Below are positions 50,957-60,312 of a stretch of DNA of 64,000 nt, in pieces. Every line of letters starts with the position of its first letter. The first letter of the stretch is position 1. A model generated the notes under the pieces. It was not told where the DNA came from. It was given only the letters and a program-made list of their open reading frames with translations, and did no database searches. This stretch comes from Planctomycetota bacterium. Its GTDB lineage: Bacteria > Planctomycetota > UBA8108 > SXIK01. Location of the stretch: positions 7,296,001 to 7,360,000 of the forward strand of contig CBDCXR010000004.1 of the NCBI GenBank assembly GCA_965223845.1, written 5' to 3'. The position numbers were made by a program, and so were the translations under genes.

Positions 50957-52192
50957 CTAAGGGAGAGCCGGGGTGACCGTGATGTTTCGAAACCAGATCT
51001 TCCCGTGGTCTCCCTGGAGGAGGAGGGGACCCGCCTCAGACTCCCAAGGCGAGATGGCGCCGCCAGTGATCCCGTCCAAGTGTTCGTTGTCGATCACGGT
51101 CTTCCCGTTCAGAACGACGGTGAGCCAGCGACCGATGAGCGTGATGTCGTAGGTTTGCCAGGTCTCCGGCGGGGCGCTCGCGTTCAGTTTGGGCGAAAGC
51201 CGACTGTAGACCGCGCCGTTCCCGTGGGGGCGCACCTTTCCTCCTTCGTGGTCATCGAGGATTTGCACCTCGTAGCGGCCGCGAAGGTAGACTCCGCTGT
51301 TTCCCCGCTTCACGACCTTGTACTCGATGTGGAGCTTGAAGTCGTCGAACGCGGCCTCCGACTGAATGTCGATGTCGCCTTTCTCGCCGTTCGAGAGAAT
51401 CGCGTTCTCGCACGTCCAACCGAACTTCCGCGGCTGAAAGTTACGCGGTTTCCACCCGGCGAGTCCGTTTGCGGCGAGCAGTTTCACCGGTTCACCCCAG
51501 CGTCGCTCCCGCGTTGCCACGGTGGGAAGAGTCTCGTCCCCCACGTACGCCGCTCCTTCGAGACGGTCGCCGCGCACCGCCCCGACGAACCGCGCTCGGC
51601 TGCCGTCTCCTGCGGTGAAGACGACGGTCAGCGTCGAGCCCGCGAGGGACACCTCTTGAATCTCGACCGGATTCCCTTGGTCGTCTCCGCCCGTCGCGGA
51701 GAGCGATCCACCCGATGAGACGATCGCGAGCCACCCGCGCGACGTCGATCCGTCGGCTTGTTTCGTTTCGAACTGCCAGCGACCGGTGACGTCGACGTCC
51801 TCCCGACCTCGCCGCGCATACACGTAAAACGGTCCACCCTTTTTCCGTTCGACCGAACCCTCGAGGTCGTCGCCGACGCGGCGAAGAGTGAGCGGCCCCG
51901 CCCAGTCGAGATCGTTCCGTCGGATGAGGAGCTCGCCGCGGTCATCGAGCGAAACGGAGCCCGGCTCGACTTTCCACACGCTCCCCCAGCGCCAGACCAT
52001 CTCTCCGCCGATGGTGTCGCCCGTCTGTGAGAGAACGAGGCTGCACGATCGAAACGTCGAACCCGAATTGACGATCAACATCTCCCATCGGCCGAGGTAG
52101 TCGTCGATCGATCCGGCGGCGGCGACCGTCCCGGAAGGAAGAAACGTCGAGAGGGAAACTGCGAGCGCGATGCAGCGAAAGAGCGGGCGCAT
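50957..52192 (-). CDS. Secreted DUF1080 (3-keto-glycoside hydrolase-like) protein
   Basis: GNSGVYLRGRYEVQI, WQTYDI and LLLQGDHG..WFRNI motifs; signal peptide. Confidence 0.9.
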   Translation of the reverse strand: MRPLFRCIALAVSLSTFLPSGTVAAAGSIDDYLGRWEMLIVNSGSTFRSCSLVLSQTGDTIGGEMVWRWGSVWKVEPGSVSLDDRGELLIRRNDLDWAGPLTLRRVGDDLEGSVERKKGGPFYVYARRGREDVDVTGRWQFETKQADGSTSRGWLAIVSSGGSLSATGGDDQGNPVEIQEVSLAGSTLTVVFTAGDGSRARFVGAVRGDRLEGAAYVGDETLPTVATRERRWGEPVKLLAANGLAGWKPRNFQPRKFGWTCENAILSNGEKGDIDIQSEAAFDDFKLHIEYKVVKRGNSGVYLRGRYEVQILDDHEGGKVRPHGNGAVYSRLSPKLNASAPPETWQTYDITLIGRWLTVVLNGKTVIDNEHLDGITGGAISPWESEAGPLLLQGDHGKIWFRNITVTPALP

Positions 52193-52486
52193 GGATGAAC
52201 CTCGTCCGGCGGATCGAGTCAGAAGGAGCGATCGACGATCACGACGCGCGAACGAAGTCCGCGCGCCGATGTTGTACCCCTCGGAGACGCCCGGTCCAAG
52301 TGCGCACACGAGAGGAACACTGCGCTAACATCAGCGGAGTTTCGGCGGTCACGGGTGCCGTAGCATCGCGACTCGTCCGTACGCTACAATCGATTTGTTC
52401 GAATCCCCTTCCGTAACCTCCCCCGGACGCGCCGAACGCGCGAGTTCGCTCGCAGTGTCTTCCGAGGCGCGGATCTCCAGTTTGGA

Positions 52487-53965
52487 ATGATGTTACGTCC
52501 TGAACGCCGCAGCGCCCCTCCCACTGCCGAGCGGTCCCGTTCGCGCGTAAGCCTCGCGCGGACGATCGTATGGATCGTCGCGACCCTCGTCGCGTCACGC
52601 TCGAGCGGCTTTGCTGAAAACTCCTTCACGGTCGGGCGGGCCACCGCGGCGCCCGGCGAGCTCGCGCGCGTTCCCCTCCTTCTCAGCACCGACGTCGACG
52701 CACACGGCTTCGTCATGGTCTTCGAGTGGGATCCCGGTCGTCTTACGGGAGAAGCTCTCGTGCCGCGCGCGGCCGACGGCGAGATCCTCGCCGACGCCGA
52801 CATCGTCGTCACGATTCTCGAAGACAACCACATGATCTACGGTGTGAGCCTCGATGCCGACAGCGTGGACTGCGAGAAGATCCCCGCGGGACAAGACATC
52901 GAGATTGGCGTGGCCGAGTTTCGCTGCTCGCCCGACGCGGGCGAGGAAGAGATCGCGATCGAGCTCGTCGACGGCAAATACGCTGCTCGCGACGGCCTCC
53001 CACTCCTCGAGAATCTCCTCCTTCACTACGCGAGATTCATCACCGTCGATGACGCCGACCTCGTTCTCCGCAGCGGTGGTGTCACTTGTCGTGCCAGCGA
53101 CGACGGCGGCACCGCCTACGCGTGCGGAGGACCGCTCGACGCGAACGGGATCCCGACGCCGCTCGAAGGAAAGATCGGTGATCAAGTGCCGGTGCATTTC
53201 TATTATCGCGCACCATCCGAAGGTCCCGACGGTCCTCTCCCTCCGATCCAGGGCCTGTCGGTTGCCGGCGCGTACGACTGCAATCTGACGGCGATGCCCG
53301 AGTCGTTCTCGTTCGCCGACACCGTTCTCGCCGAGACGGAGCCCGAGTTTGTTCATTTTGAAGCGGACAACCGCCGCAGCGCGGACGACGGCGACGCCTG
53401 CGAGTTCACGCTCGGGATCCTGATCGATGCGACCGCGCCGTTCGATGGTCGCACGCTCCCCGCCGCCGAGGGTTTCGAGCGGCTGTTCACCGTCGACTTC
53501 GAAATCGGTGGCGACGCGTTTTGCGGCCACTGCCTGCCGATTCGATTTCTCGACGGGGTCAACGGCAACGGCGACGTCCCGGTCAAGAACCTCGTCTCGA
53601 TGGAGTTCGAGTCGCGCGCGCCCGAGCTCTTCCACTGCGAGATCTGCGTCCGCGGAGAGCCGGAATTCATCCGCGGCGATTGCAACTTTTCGAGCGCCAA
53701 CGGGAGCCCGGTCGACATCGCCGACGCCGCGGCGATCGTCGGATTCGTGTTTCTCGAAGACGCTTGGAAGTTCGACGCTCCCTGCGAAGACGCCTGCGAT
53801 GCGAACGACGACGGCCGTCTCGACGCAGCGGACGTCGTCTTCGTGCTCGAGTATCTCTTCGTTCCCGAGCGTCCCGAACCGCCCGCGCCGGGACCGCTCG
53901 CCGCCGGCAAAGATCCGACGCCGGACGAGCTCGACTGCGCTGGGGGCGAGCTCGACTGCTTCTGA
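52487..53965 (+). CDS. Secreted protein with two cohesin-like beta-sandwich domains and a C-terminal dockerin-like domain
   Basis: AAPGELARVPLLL...GFVMVFEWDP and KIGDQVPVHFY...QGLSVAGAYD modules; FIRGDCN...VDIADA...CEDACDANDDGRLDAAD...DPTPDELDC. Confidence 0.75.
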   Translation: MMLRPERRSAPPTAERSRSRVSLARTIVWIVATLVASRSSGFAENSFTVGRATAAPGELARVPLLLSTDVDAHGFVMVFEWDPGRLTGEALVPRAADGEILADADIVVTILEDNHMIYGVSLDADSVDCEKIPAGQDIEIGVAEFRCSPDAGEEEIAIELVDGKYAARDGLPLLENLLLHYARFITVDDADLVLRSGGVTCRASDDGGTAYACGGPLDANGIPTPLEGKIGDQVPVHFYYRAPSEGPDGPLPPIQGLSVAGAYDCNLTAMPESFSFADTVLAETEPEFVHFEADNRRSADDGDACEFTLGILIDATAPFDGRTLPAAEGFERLFTVDFEIGGDAFCGHCLPIRFLDGVNGNGDVPVKNLVSMEFESRAPELFHCEICVRGEPEFIRGDCNFSSANGSPVDIADAAAIVGFVFLEDAWKFDAPCEDACDANDDGRLDAADVVFVLEYLFVPERPEPPAPGPLAAGKDPTPDELDCAGGELDCF

Positions 53966-54178
53966 GCCGCGTTCCCTCTTCTCGCGACTCGGCCTCCGCG
54001 TCGATCGTCATCGCTTCGACGCCCGAGATGTCGTTTCCCCGTGCGCACGCTCGTGCGACAATTCCGCTCGCTTCCCGCGGCGGTCAGCCCGAGTGTCATG
54101 ATTTCGCCGCGGACGTCGCCACTCCCGCGTGGATCTTTTGTGCGTGACCCTTCGGCCATCATCTCGGTGAGTCCCTCC

Positions 54179-55483
54179 ATGCGTATTCGCTCGCGTCCGA
54201 TCTCTCTCCTTCTCGCGGTCGTGGCCGGCGCCGGCGCTGGACACACCATCCGCGCCGATGACCCGGAGAGCGAAGCCCGTCTCGCGGCCGTGCGTTCGAT
54301 CCTCCGCGAAGCACCGCTCGTCGACGGTCACAACGATCTCCCCTGGCAGATTCGAAAGCGCGCCGGAAATCTCCTCGACAAGATCGATCTTCGAAAGGAC
54401 CTGCGCGGGCTCGAGCCGACGCTTCACACCGACATTCCCCGACTCCGCGCGGGCGGGGTCGGAGCGCAGTTCTGGTCCGTCTACATCCCGGTCGAGTTCG
54501 AAGGCGGTGCCGCCGTTCAGACGGTGATCGAGCAGATCGACATCGTCCACCGCCTCGCCGAGCGGTATCCCTCGGACTTCGAGATCGCGCTCACGGCCGC
54601 CGATGTCGAACGAGTCCACCGCGCCGGCAAAATCGCGGCACTCATCGGCATGGAAGGTGGCCACTCGATCGGGAACTCGCTCGCGGTGCTCCGGCAGCTC
54701 TACGCCCTCGGCGCGCGCTACATGACGATCACGCACTGGAAAGAGAACGACTGGGCCGACGCGGCGACGAGCCCGCCCGTTCACGACGGCTTGAACGCCT
54801 TCGGAGAGGCGGTGATTCGCGAGATGAATCGACTCGGAATGATCGTTGATCTTTCGCACGTGTCTGACGCGACCATGCGCGACGCGATGCGCGTGAGCGA
54901 GGCTCCGGTGATCTTTTCCCACTCGTCGGCTAGAGCACTCTGCAAGCATCCGCGAAACGTTCCGGATGACATCCTGCGCGATCTGCGCGAGTCGCGCGGC
55001 GTCGTCATGGTGACCTTCGTCACCGGGTACGTTTCCGAGCGTGTCCTCGAGTGGTCGGCCGCGGAGGAGGCGGAGAAGGCGCGACTCGCGGAGCTCCACC
55101 CGGGCGATTCCGCCGAACAAGCAAAAGCGCGGATCGAGCGCTGGCGCGTGGAGAATCCGCGCCCCAAAGCGACGCTCGTCGACGTCGCCGATCACATCGA
55201 TCACGTCCGGAAGGTCGCCGGGGTCGACGCGATCGGGATCGGATCTGATTTCGACGGGATTCGTTCGACGCCCTCGGGGCTCGGCGACGTCTCGACGTTT
55301 CCCGATCTCCTCGCGGAGCTCCTTCGCCGAGGCTACTCGCGCGAGGACCTCGAGAAGATCGCCGGGGGAAACGTGCTCCGCGTCCTCCGCGACGTCGAGA
55401 GGGTCGCGGGCGCGCTGCGCGCCACGACCGAGCCCGGAGAGGCGAGCATCGAGCCGGTGCTCGCGACACCGCCGGTTCGGTGA
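54179..55483 (+). CDS. Membrane dipeptidase (M19)
   Basis: DGHNDLPW, QFWSVY, GMEGGH, DLSHVS, SHSS, HPRNV and GSDFDG motifs. Confidence 0.95.
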   Translation: MRIRSRPISLLLAVVAGAGAGHTIRADDPESEARLAAVRSILREAPLVDGHNDLPWQIRKRAGNLLDKIDLRKDLRGLEPTLHTDIPRLRAGGVGAQFWSVYIPVEFEGGAAVQTVIEQIDIVHRLAERYPSDFEIALTAADVERVHRAGKIAALIGMEGGHSIGNSLAVLRQLYALGARYMTITHWKENDWADAATSPPVHDGLNAFGEAVIREMNRLGMIVDLSHVSDATMRDAMRVSEAPVIFSHSSARALCKHPRNVPDDILRDLRESRGVVMVTFVTGYVSERVLEWSAAEEAEKARLAELHPGDSAEQAKARIERWRVENPRPKATLVDVADHIDHVRKVAGVDAIGIGSDFDGIRSTPSGLGDVSTFPDLLAELLRRGYSREDLEKIAGGNVLRVLRDVERVAGALRATTEPGEASIEPVLATPPVR

Positions 55484-55511
55484 TCGTTTTCGACCGGCGG
55501 CGACGTCTCCG

Positions 55512-57989
55512 CTAGCAGAGGATGCGTTCGCGTTTTGGATCGTACGGCGCGCGGAGATGCGCCTGGGCGGAAATCCGCTCGCCGTCGACGACGATCTCGT
55601 AGCGACCGGCGCGGATGAACGCTGCGTCCACGGGTGCATCGGCTCGGACGTAACCCATCGCCACCGCGGCGCCGACGGTTGCGCCGAACGCACCGGACGT
55701 CGTGTAGCCGACGGGAATCCCATCGCGAAGGATGGGCTCGCTTCCCCAAAGCTGAACGGCACTGTTGTCGAGGACGAACGTGACGAGGCGTTTTCTTACG
55801 CCGGCCGACTTTTGCTCGAGGAGACGCTCGCGGCCGAGAAAGGGCTTCGACCAAGCGACGGCGAACGAGAGACCGGCTTCGAGCGGGGTGTCGTCGGGGG
55901 AAAGCTCGTGTCCCCAGGCGCGGTACGCTTTCTCGAGTCGGAGCGCGTTGATCGCGTAGTGTCCGGCGAGCCTGAGGCCGAACTCTTGCCCCGCATCGAC
56001 GAGCTCGTCGAATACCGCCGCGAGGCTCGGCATCGGAACGTGAAGCTCCCAGCCGAGCTCGCCGACGTAGGTGACGCGAAGCGCGCGAGTTTCCACGTCG
56101 GCGATCCGAATCGTCTGCGCGGTCGCGAACGGGAATGCGGGGTTTGAAACGTCGGCCGGAGTCACGCGCTCAAGTACGTCCCGGGACTTCGGACCCATCA
56201 AACCGAGGACGCCGAAGTCCGTTGTCACGTCGGTGAGCGCGACGTCGGCACCGTCCGGGCTGTTGCGCCGAATCCAGTGCGCGTCGTGCTGCGTTTGACT
56301 CGTCGCGGTGACGACGAGGAATTCGTCCGCGGCGAGACGGATGACGGTGAGGTCACTTTCGAACGTCCCGCGCTTGTTGAAAAGCCCCGTGTAGACGATC
56401 TTTCCCGGCGCGACATCGATCCGGTTTCCACAGATGTGCTCGAGAACACGCGCCGCGTCGGCGCCGCGGACGATGTACTTCGAAAACGAGCTCTGGTCGA
56501 ACAGCGCGACTCCGTTCCGCGCCGCGAACTGCTCGGCGCAGAACGCGTCGAACCAGTTCTGGCGTCCGAACGAGTACTCGACCGTCGGCGCTGCCCCCTC
56601 GCCGGCGAACCAATTCGGACGCTCCCAGCCCATTTTCGTCCCGAAGGATGCTCCCGCCTTCACGAGCCGATCGTGGATCGGAGTTCGGCGAAGATCGCGT
56701 CCGGTTTCGAACTCGCGGTTCGGCCACGCCATCTGGTAGTGGAGGCCGAGAGTCTCGGTCACACGTTCGCGCAGAAACTCGACTTCGTTGTGGATCGGCG
56801 CGAATCGGCGCGGATCGACGGACCAGAGATCCATGCCCGGCGCGCCGTCCGCGATCCACTCGGCGAGAACTTTCCCGGCGCCGCCCGCGCAGGCGATCCC
56901 CGCGGAGTTGAAGCCGGCGGCGATGTACAGCGCTTCGAGCTCGGGAGTTTCTCCGAGGATGAACTGGTTGTCGGGAGTGAAGCTCTCCGGACCGTTGACG
57001 AATTTGGGAAACTCCGCTGCCTCGAGTGCCGGGACGCGCCATTTCCCCGCGGCGAACGGATCGGCGAACTTCGGCCAGTCGTCCTCGAGAAGCTTGAACG
57101 AGAAATCGTCGGGAATCGCGTCGACGGTCCACGGCTTCGTGTACTTCTGAAACGCGCCGAGGAGTACGCAGTCCTCCTCCGAGCGAAAGTAAATGGCGGC
57201 GTCCGGGTCGCGACAGACGGGAAGGCCGTGATGGACGCCGTCGATCGGCGCGCTTTGAACGTAGTGGTGCTCGACCGGATAGAGGGGAACGGTCACGCCC
57301 GCCGACAGCGCGAGCCCGCGCGTCCACATTCCGCCGGCGAGGACGACGACGTCGGCGGTCATCGTTTCCGTCTCGGTCTCGACTCCGTGCACGCGTCCGC
57401 CGGAGTGAACGAGCCCCGTCACGCGCGCGTCTTCGTAGACGGCGACGCCGCGCATTTGTGCGCCCTTCGCGAGCGCGAGTGCGGTCTGATCGGGCTTCAC
57501 CTTGCCATCGCCGGGAAGGAAGACGCCGCCGAGGAGATCCTCCGTCCGCATGAGCGGCCATAGGGCGGCGATCCCATCGACATCGACGAGAGTTGCCTCG
57601 ACGTCGAACAGCTCGGCCATCGCGGCCGTCCGCCGGAGCTGGGTCATCCGTTCTTCCGTGCGAGCGACGATCAGGCTGCCGCAGCGCGTCCAACCGACGT
57701 CGATCCCGGTTTCCTCGGTGAGCTGCGCGTAGAGCTCGGCGCTGTACTGGTTGATGCGCGTCGTGCTGCTCGAGGTGCGAAGTCGCCCGACGAGTCCCGC
57801 GGCGTGCCAAGTCGTGCCGCCGCTCAGGCGATTCTGCTCGAGGAGAACGACGTCTCGCCAACCGAGTTCGCCCAGGTGGTAGGCGACGCTCGCGCCGACG
57901 ATGCCTCCGCCGACGACGATGGCTCGCGCCGAGGTCGGGAGGGGATCACTCTTCGCGCTGAGCGCGAACTCGTTGGGGGACTCCGTCAT
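55512..57989 (-). CDS. FAD-dependent GcvT-family oxidoreductase (dimethylglycine/sarcosine dehydrogenase-like)
   Basis: GGGIVG, GTTWHAAG, NGPESFTPD, GWERPNWF, YVGELGWE and LRLEK motifs. Confidence 0.93.
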   Translation of the reverse strand: MTESPNEFALSAKSDPLPTSARAIVVGGGIVGASVAYHLGELGWRDVVLLEQNRLSGGTTWHAAGLVGRLRTSSSTTRINQYSAELYAQLTEETGIDVGWTRCGSLIVARTEERMTQLRRTAAMAELFDVEATLVDVDGIAALWPLMRTEDLLGGVFLPGDGKVKPDQTALALAKGAQMRGVAVYEDARVTGLVHSGGRVHGVETETETMTADVVVLAGGMWTRGLALSAGVTVPLYPVEHHYVQSAPIDGVHHGLPVCRDPDAAIYFRSEEDCVLLGAFQKYTKPWTVDAIPDDFSFKLLEDDWPKFADPFAAGKWRVPALEAAEFPKFVNGPESFTPDNQFILGETPELEALYIAAGFNSAGIACAGGAGKVLAEWIADGAPGMDLWSVDPRRFAPIHNEVEFLRERVTETLGLHYQMAWPNREFETGRDLRRTPIHDRLVKAGASFGTKMGWERPNWFAGEGAAPTVEYSFGRQNWFDAFCAEQFAARNGVALFDQSSFSKYIVRGADAARVLEHICGNRIDVAPGKIVYTGLFNKRGTFESDLTVIRLAADEFLVVTATSQTQHDAHWIRRNSPDGADVALTDVTTDFGVLGLMGPKSRDVLERVTPADVSNPAFPFATAQTIRIADVETRALRVTYVGELGWELHVPMPSLAAVFDELVDAGQEFGLRLAGHYAINALRLEKAYRAWGHELSPDDTPLEAGLSFAVAWSKPFLGRERLLEQKSAGVRKRLVTFVLDNSAVQLWGSEPILRDGIPVGYTTSGAFGATVGAAVAMGYVRADAPVDAAFIRAGRYEIVVDGERISAQAHLRAPYDPKRERILC

Positions 57990-58129
57990 CCGTCTCTCCT
58001 CTCGCCTTCTTCCCATGATCTCGACGTGCGCGCTCTCCGAACGCGTGCGCTTCGACCGCGGCCGCGCTGGAAGATAGACCCGAAGGCGAGCGATGCGCAA
58101 CGGAGTTCGCGAGCCGAGACTGTCGCGAC

Positions 58130-59137
58130 TCAGCGAGAATCCGTCTCGTCCCACAGAGTCTCGGAGAAACGCACCTCGCGAGTTTCCCGTTCCCGACCGC
58201 TCGCTCTTGCGAGCTCCTCGTAGAGTTCGGGACGACGCGTCTGGATCCACCGCCATCCCGTGCACATTCGGCGCACGTCGAGATCGAGGTCGGCGACGAC
58301 CATATCGTCTCCGGCACGACACGTCTCAGCGAGGACGTCACCGTACGCGTCGAGTATCATCGCGTTTCCCGTGCGCACTTCGCCGTCGTCGATTCCGACG
58401 CCGTTGCTGAAGATGAGGAACAACCCGTTGTCGTGCGCCCGAGCCGGGAGCCACTTCATGAGCCAATCACGGCCCTTCGGTCCGCGTAGCTCGGCCTCGA
58501 TGGCCGCGGGGTCGGAGTCGCGGCGATGCCACAGATCGGGATTGATCGCGCCCATCGCACGCGGACTCGGGGTTTTGCACCCGCCCGTCTGGTGGGGGGC
58601 GAGAAGAACTTCGACGCCTCGGAGCGCGTTCACTCGCACGTTCTCGCCGAGGTTGTTGTCGTAGCAAGTGAGGACGCCGACTCGCACGCCCTGGGGAAGA
58701 TCGAACACGGTGTAGTCGTCGCCGGAGCTCATGTGCTCGCTGATGAACGTGTGGAGCTTTCGGTGTCGTTCGACTCGACCGTCGGGCATCGCGACGACGT
58801 ACGAGTTAAAGAGTCGACCGCCGGCGTTCTCGATGAGTCCCGCACCGACCGTGAGGCGATGGCTCGACGCGATGCGCAGAAGGTGCTCGGTCGAAGGCCC
58901 GTCCGGGATCGGCTCGGCGAGGTCTGCGATCTCCGGTCGAGTCAGATTTCGCACGTGCCAGTACCCGGTGATGCACATCTCGGGAAAGACGACGAGCTCG
59001 GCTCCCTCCGCGGCGGCCTGCTCGCTGAAGTGCTCCACGGTGGCCAGGTTCGCTGCTTTGTCGCTCGGCTTGTGATTGAACTGCACGGAGGCTGCTCGGA
59101 TGCGACGCGCACCGCTCGGGTTTTCGATCGTTGTCAT
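58130..59137 (-). CDS. Nitrilase/carbon-nitrogen hydrolase family protein
   Basis: Catalytic E-K-C triad in FPEMC, RKLH and TCYD. Confidence 0.92.
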   Translation of the reverse strand: MTTIENPSGARRIRAASVQFNHKPSDKAANLATVEHFSEQAAAEGAELVVFPEMCITGYWHVRNLTRPEIADLAEPIPDGPSTEHLLRIASSHRLTVGAGLIENAGGRLFNSYVVAMPDGRVERHRKLHTFISEHMSSGDDYTVFDLPQGVRVGVLTCYDNNLGENVRVNALRGVEVLLAPHQTGGCKTPSPRAMGAINPDLWHRRDSDPAAIEAELRGPKGRDWLMKWLPARAHDNGLFLIFSNGVGIDDGEVRTGNAMILDAYGDVLAETCRAGDDMVVADLDLDVRRMCTGWRWIQTRRPELYEELARASGRERETREVRFSETLWDETDSR

Positions 59138-59217
59138 CGTGCTTGGCGCTCCGGGCCGAGAATTCTCAGAATCCTTCGCGACAAGGACCCGTCCTTGGCG
59201 TCGTAGGATGTGGAGCC

Positions 59218-59895
59218 ATGAACAAAACCTTTCAACGACGCCTCGCCTGGACGCTGATCGCTCTCGGCCTCGTCGTCGCGGCGAGCGGTGGCGCGTTGCT
59301 CCTCCAACGCTACTTCACCGTCGAAGTCGTCCCCGGACTGATTCTCGTCGACTCACCGCGGAAGATCGAGACGATCTACTGGCGGCTCGAAGAAACTCCG
59401 GAAGGAACGCTGATTCGGGCGGCGGGCGGGCGCTACGAGGGGTGGTATCTCGACGCCGACGAAACGGTCTCCCAGTTCGTCGCCGACAGCTGGGAGAACA
59501 ATCGCTTTCTCGTTCTTTCGCGAGACCGCCGCGAGAGTTCCTACTGGAAGCTCGAGACGACACCGGACGGCAGTCTCATCCGCGCGGCGAAGGGACCCTT
59601 CGAGGGACTCTACTTCGATATCGCGGCGGGGGACGAGCCGATCGAGCGAGGCGGACTCCGCTTCCGGCGAAACCTCCTCATCGGACGGGTGCAGTTCACT
59701 TGGAGCTTCTCGACGACGGACGCAGGCGTCGTCATTCGTGCCGGGACGGACGGCGGTCCGGCGCTCGGCTACGATCCGTCCGGATCACCGGAGTCCGTCT
59801 GGAAGAAATCTCCCGAAGAGAGACGGAAGGACACCGAGCGAGCGTTCGGTCGGCGACTTCACTCGGGCGGAGTGCGCGGATTGCCGAAAAGGTAG
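59218..59895 (+). CDS. Membrane-anchored protein with three internal repeats
   Basis: N-terminal TM helix; repeated W-x-L/F-x3-P/D-x-G-x2-IRA motif. Confidence 0.7.
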   Translation: MNKTFQRRLAWTLIALGLVVAASGGALLLQRYFTVEVVPGLILVDSPRKIETIYWRLEETPEGTLIRAAGGRYEGWYLDADETVSQFVADSWENNRFLVLSRDRRESSYWKLETTPDGSLIRAAKGPFEGLYFDIAAGDEPIERGGLRFRRNLLIGRVQFTWSFSTTDAGVVIRAGTDGGPALGYDPSGSPESVWKKSPEERRKDTERAFGRRLHSGGVRGLPKR

Positions 59896-60120
59896 CCGCG
59901 GGATTGGCCATGCCAGGGCGGCGCGACGCGCCTCGATCTCGGCCGTGACCGAGCAGTTTCGATGTCGGAGACCCCCGACGCGATCCCGAGCGGTGAAAAT
60001 GGCTCGGAGAAACAAAGACGGGCGAAGGCCGGCCCTCCGGGGGATGCGAGAGTCGCCGTAGAACGCATTCGCAATGTCCGCGTTTCCGTCGGCGTTCGCC
60101 GTTGATCAACTGTCGGGCGA

Positions 60121-60169
60121 TGGTATCCCCGAGAGGACTCGAACCTCTGACCTGCGGTTTAGGAAACCG
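60121..60169 (-). repeat. att site: 3' fragment of tRNA-Arg(CCT)
   Basis: Minus strand CGGT-TTCCTAA-ACCG, AGAGG-TTCGAGT-CCTCT, CGGGGAT-A-CCA; no D arm or 5' acceptor strand upstream. Confidence 0.85.
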
Positions 60170-60312
60170 ACAACGCTTGATGCGTTTCCTTCGCAACGGT
60201 ACCAAGAAACGCTACTTAGAAGAGGATTTCCTCGTTCATGGGACTGGACGTCTGACCCGATACACGGTTACAGAACCGTCCCAGATGCGTCCCACTTTCT
60301 CGGTATTCCGCT

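Noticed and set aside
60121-60200. Intact tRNA-Arg gene
   Set aside because: No D arm and no 5' acceptor strand complementary to CGGGGAT; only the 3' fragment is present
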